NCBI GenBank assembly: GCA_965240325.2
Contig: OZ251223.1
Span: 124,001-188,000, forward strand
From: Rebecca billardiae RCC1528
Lineage: Eukaryota; Protista; Haptophyta
DNA length: 64,000 bases
Direction: 5' to 3'
The translations under genes and the position numbers were made by a program. Of this stretch, positions 59,320 through 64,000 are shown one piece after another. The notes beneath the pieces were generated by a model, which had not been told where the DNA came from, did no database searches, and worked only from the letters and a program-made list of their open reading frames with translations. How positions within the stretch are numbered: the stretch's first letter is position 1; each line of letters opens with the position of its first letter.

Positions 59320-61571
59320 CTTGCTGATGATTCCGACGAGGGACGGGCAAGGGCTGTAGTACGGGGGGCCGGGGGGCTGATGACTGATGAGCCCGCATCC
59401 CCGCGCATAAGTTTACAGGTCACAATGATGATTACTGTGACGTGCGCCACCATGGTAACCAAGGGCAGTGATAGTACCTTACCATCAACAACGAACATCT
59501 GCTACATTTCCCCGCCTTTGTATTGGGCTCCGGGAGATGAGACCGTCGTCATCATCATGATGACGAATGAATGAAGTGGATGAAAGGTGCGTCGTTCGGG
59601 CGGATCCCCCCTACAGAACCTTCGTAACTGTTTGCTCTCTGAGAGGGAATAGCATGGATTCGACAACAACTACGACGAGATCATCATCTGAACAGCTACC
59701 GCTTTTTACCACATCACACAAGGGCCGTACATCACAGCTGGTTTATTCGGTGTTTCATCCCGCTCATCATCTTTCGGCATCCAATGAACCTTGATGACGC
59801 TTCATGAACAGTCGGGTCGGAGGCGCGCAAAATAATAATACTCGTCAACGACAGCTGGCGGGGATACCGTACAGTATTCAGTATGGGGGTACTGTATTTA
59901 TAAATATGCATCATTCTAAAGTTATGATTTAACGACACGGGTAGGACGGCGCAGTCTCCTGATTTGTCGTCGGCAATATGGTACTCGATCGTCGACAAGG
60001 TAAATAAGTCGGCGTAGTTGGTCGACCGAAATAGCTTGAGAGCGCGACTTGAGCCGCTGCAGCGCGATGAGCGCGAACCACCTGCGCTGCGCAGCTCGCA
60101 TGGGCCTGCTCCGCCCTGATCAGGGGCGGGGGTGCAGGACCGGGTGGCAGACGGCCGTCTCAGCCGCTTGGGCCCTGGCGGGTGGTCCAGTGGTGATGTA
60201 GTCGTCCCCGTGTGCCCTGGCCCTGTGCGGCCGCGCGCGCGCTTGCCGCGCGGACCCTGCTCAAACTGAATCAGCTGGCTTGCTGGCGGCGGCTGGCGCT
60301 GCTGCGGCGTGCAGGGAACGCTTTGCCCCCGACTGCTGCGCGTCCTCGTCGTCCGAGTCGTCGTCCATGGACGAGTCTCGGTCCGCGTGGGGGGCAGCAG
60401 CGGGGGCAGGAGCAGATGCTGCGGTCCGAGAGGCCGCCAGCCGCGCCGCCTTCCAAGGAAGGTTGCGCTTCTGGCGTTTCTCGACGGCGCGCCGCAACGA
60501 GGTGCGGCGGCTCGACAAGCTCGAATCCGGCTGCCCTGCGCGTAACGCCGAGGCCCGCGCTTCCCGCGCCGAGGCTTCTGCTCCCGCTTCTGAAAAGGCT
60601 GCTGCTCGCCGTCTGCAGCCGGCACTGCAGTACCCGAGCCCTGCACGGCGAGCGGGCGGCGCCGGCATAGCCGACTTGCGCGTTCGGCGCGGGGCGGGAT
60701 GCAGGGGAGCATCATAGAAGGCACGCCACCACCTCCCTCGCGCCGCTGGCTGCCATCAGCGGGGGTTCCATGTGGAGACGCATCAGGCCCTTGCGGATCA
60801 AGCTGCCTCACAGACACAGTCAGACGGACACTCCCATCTGGCAGGAGGGAGGTGTGTGTGCACCGCGCGCGGGAGGCCGTCGGCGGCAGTGAACTTTGCT
60901 GCCTCACGCCAAAGGCGGACGTAGAGGCGCAACCAGCCGTCCGACAGCCTGTCGGGCAGCCGTGCAGTCACGTCGAGCAGGTCGTCCATTGGTACGTAGC
61001 TGCGGCCAGGTCTCCGAGTCCGACGATTGTTGCCTGAGCCCACTGCAGTAGTAATAACGATGCCTGGCCCCCCATGATGACCATCATCAGTCCGAGTGCC
61101 CCACCACGATCCAAGGGCTCCAAGGCCCCAGCGCCACGGCCGGGGGACCGGGGCGTGGCGTAGGCAGGTGGGCGCGGCCGTACGAGCGCGTGAGCATGCG
61201 TGACAGCTTCGCATCCAGCTTTTCAACCACGACTCTCACGTGCACGTCCGTTCTTCACCGTTCTCGTGCAAGACACCAGGTGCGGAACGAACGCGCATTA
61301 GCAGACGGTGCACTACATGGGACAGTCGGATGGGCAACTAGGGGCCAGGCGGATCACCCGTCTGACGCCAGGGCATGCTTCCCTCGGGGGCATGCCTTGC
61401 GACGGTGATGCAGACATGCCGCCATAATGTTCTGTACTTCTGTCTGACCCTAGCTTACACTGATAAACACACACACACACACCGACACACACACACTACA
61501 CACACACCTGGATGGTCGTGGCGCGCGGCGTCGTGGGGTAGACCACGATGATCAAGGAACGATCAGATTAG

Positions 61572-61744
<173 letters not shown>

Positions 61745-62382
61745 GGGATTTGAGCAACGAACGACACTCGACAGCGGGCGCTGGCAGCAGCGTGGCGGTG
61801 CCGAATCGTGCGGGTTGACGCAACAGCGGCTACAGCAAGAGGGCATTGCATGAGGGGCGACGCGGCGAGGACACGGATGATGTAGTCGCGCCGCCGAACG
61901 ATCAGGCGAGGAGCCAGGCCACACGGACAGCCATCAGGCATCAGCGACCTTACCGAGCAGAGGCGGGCTGCGGCCTCCGGTGCAGGCCTCCGTGGAGATG
62001 AGAGTGCACCGAGTGAGGATCCGATGCAGGCGATCCCCCTGCCCAGCTCGGCGCCTTCGTCGCAGCAAGCAGCCCATGCGCCCCACGAGCCGGAAGCTTG
62101 GCCCCGATAACTTGGCCTCGATGAGCGAGTAACAAACCGAGTCCTGCAGGTGCGCCGCTGCGCGGGCCGGATTGGCAGCGGCACTGTCAGGACCGGTTCC
62201 TGCGCGCGGCGGTGCGCGCGGCGGCGCGGCGCGGTCCGGGACCGAACGCTGGATGTCATGCGAGCCGCCAGATTCTTGGCGTTGCTCATAGACACTCATC
62301 ATCAGTTATTATTCCCTGCTATAACGCCACTACATAATTATATGATGCGCATCATATTATCGTAGTCATATTGATGTCGGCG

Positions 62383-64000
62383 TCATGGCGGATCGATGAC
62401 GACGCGGCTGTCGCCGTCAGCCGGCGGCACGGGGCAGCTCGTCATCACCATTGCCGCCGCCGCTAGCGACGGCAGCGGCGCCCCATCCCACGGTTCGACG
62501 CTGCCGCCGGCACTGCCGCCGGGCCGCACGGCCGCGCAGCTGTCGGCCTTGGCGGCGCCGCCGCCAGCGCGCTGCCCGGCGGCTGCGCGCTGCGGCGGCT
62601 GTGCCTGTGTCGTGAAGCGGTTGAACTCATAAGCCTCGGACCAGAGGAGGCCGCCTGCGTCCGCGCCGGCGCCGTGGACGATGTACTGACGCCAGTCGCC
62701 CGCGATGAAGCCCTCGCCCTGGGGCACACCGCGCGGCGGCTGCGCGTGCTCGCCCCCGTCCGGCGTGGCCGCGGCCGCCGCCTCCTGCTGGGCGCCGCCG
62801 ACGCCCGGCGCGCCGCCGGGCGCGCGTGCGCCGCGCGGCGCGTCGCACGCGCGCTGTCCGAGCAGCCCGTGGGCCTCGTCCGCGGCGCACGCGCGCTCGA
62901 AGCTGAAGCTCAGGTCGATGTAGCCGAACGTGGTGCGCAGCGGCGCGCGCCCGCCGTAGATGAGCACGCGGTTGAGCACCAGCTCGCACGGCTCGGGCTC
63001 GTCCTCGGTCGCGCCGCCACGCCGTGGCTCGGCACCGCTGCCGCCGCCGCCACCCGTCTGCGCGGGGCGCTCAGGCGGCCCGTTGGTGCGCTGCGCGGCG
63101 GCCGTGCGCTCGCAGCGCTCCAGGCGGCGCGCGAGCATGCGCGGCAGCGCGCCGAGCACGTGCTGCCGGGTGAGCTCGAGCGAGCAGTTGCACTCGACGC
63201 CGCGCACGCGCAGCCGGCGCAGCCGCGTGTCCACGTCCGTCGCGCCGCGCGGCACGACGGCCTTCTCGGCGTGGGCGGGCAGCTGCACGTCTGTCCACGC
63301 GCACGCGGCCGAGGTCTCGTCACACGAGTACCGCTCGTGCTGCAGCTCGGCGAGCAGCGCGCCGTCCGGGCCGTGCACGCGCGTGCGCCCGAGCGGCACG
63401 GGCTCGCCGTCGAGCGTCGGCGGGCGGGAGCGGTCGACGGGCAGCAGCACGCGGTGGCGCGCCGCGGCGCCCCCGGCGCTGCCGTGCGGCTGCTGCGTGG
63501 CGGCGCCGCCGCTGCTCAGCGCGACGCCGATGTCGCCGAGCACCGTGTGCGTGAGGTCGTGCACGGCAAAGGCGTCGGGGACGTCCGCGAAGCGCGCGTG
63601 CAGCTGCAGCCCGCGCGTCGAGATCAGGTTGAACACCTGGCCGCCCTCGCCGGACACTTCGTACCGGACTCCGTCGCTGCCGGTGAAGAGCGGGTCGTCG
63701 CCGGCGGTGGAGGGCGGCGGCGGGCTTGGCGGGTCAGGGGGCGGCGAGGGCGGGCTGGGCGGGGAGGGCGGAGGGCTGGGTGGAGAGGGCGGCGGCGGCG
63801 GCGACGGCGGTGGGCTTGGTGGCGGCGAGGGCGGCGGGCTCGGCGGCGGGCTTGGCGGCGGGCTCGGCGGCGGTGGGCTGGGTGGCGGACTCGGCGGAGG
63901 CGAGGGCGGCGGGCTCGGCGGCGGCGATGGCGGCGGGCTCGGCGGCGGCGATGGCGGCGGGCTCGGCGGCGGGCTCGGTGGCGGCGATGGCGGCGGGCTC
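62383..64000 (-). CDS. 3' part of a tandem paralogue of the 51832-59319 gene (SPPP rod plus vWD-like domain), starting beyond the window
   Basis: Near-identical to 51841-~53400 at an offset of ~10.5 kb. The frame is open from the SPPP repeats to the stop at 62383. It has a small in-frame deletion and a frameshifted last ~10 codons. Confidence 0.88.
   Translation of the reverse strand, partial: SPPPSPPPSPPPSPPPSPPPSPPPSPPPSPPPSPPPSPPPSPPPPSPPPSPPPSPPPSPPPSPPPSPPPPPSPPSPPPSPPSPPSPPPDPPSPPPPSTAGDDPLFTGSDGVRYEVSGEGGQVFNLISTRGLQLHARFADVPDAFAVHDLTHTVLGDIGVALSSGGAATQQPHGSAGGAAARHRVLLPVDRSRPPTLDGEPVPLGRTRVHGPDGALLAELQHERYSCDETSAACAWTDVQLPAHAEKAVVPRGATDVDTRLRRLRVRGVECNCSLELTRQHVLGALPRMLARRLERCERTAAAQRTNGPPERPAQTGGGGGSGAEPRRGGATEDEPEPCELVLNRVLIYGGRAPLRTTFGYIDLSFSFERACAADEAHGLLGQRACDAPRGARAPGGAPGVGGAQQEAAAAATPDGGEHAQPPRGVPQGEGFIAGDWRQYIVHGAGADAGGLLWSEAYEFNRFTTQAQPPQRAAAGQRAGGGAAKADSCAAVRPGGSAGGSVEPWDGAPLPSLAAAAMVMTSCPVPPADGDSRVVIDPP

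Noticed and set aside
52153-59398. Poly-Gly, AAGS-repeat and Arg-rich ORFs over the SPPP array
   Set aside because: Alternative readings of the repeat. Only the SPPP frame links the signal peptide and both globular domains.

Overview
Very GC-rich, intron-containing eukaryotic DNA. A flagellated alga with a complex plastid, such as a Pavlovales-type haptophyte, is my inference from the GC content, the GTGCG...GCAG introns, an outer-arm dynein and a bipartite targeting peptide. Genes in order: (1) a secreted, probably membrane-anchored LPMO + Cys-module + GH18 chitinase + Cys-module fusion that runs off the left edge; (2) a CUE-CUE-F-box-LRR protein; (3) a possible small two-exon gene; (4) an Ala-rich coiled-coil protein; (5) a 5-exon Kelch/IPT/filamin-tailed outer-arm dynein heavy chain (alpha/ODA11 type); (6) an SGNH/PC-esterase-like protein; (7) an ankyrin-repeat protein; (8) a subtilase with a ShK domain; (9) a divergent UPRT; (10) a plastid-targeted Tas-like aldo-keto reductase; (11) a secreted methyltransferase-like protein; (12) a hypothetical secreted or plastid protein; (13) METTL6 head-to-head with a minimal SET protein; (14) a TM-RING ligase; (15) two tandem paralogues of a giant Ser-Pro3 extensin-like protein with FG-GAP and vWD-like domains. 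Lower-GC intergenic islands hold two nested TA-flanked Tc1/mariner-type MITEs, a 475-bp tandem repeat, an inverted-repeat and (TA)n-bounded element with a decayed ORF, and microsatellites. I found no rRNA, tRNA or CRISPR array. Most ORFs in the supplied track are GC-driven shadow frames.
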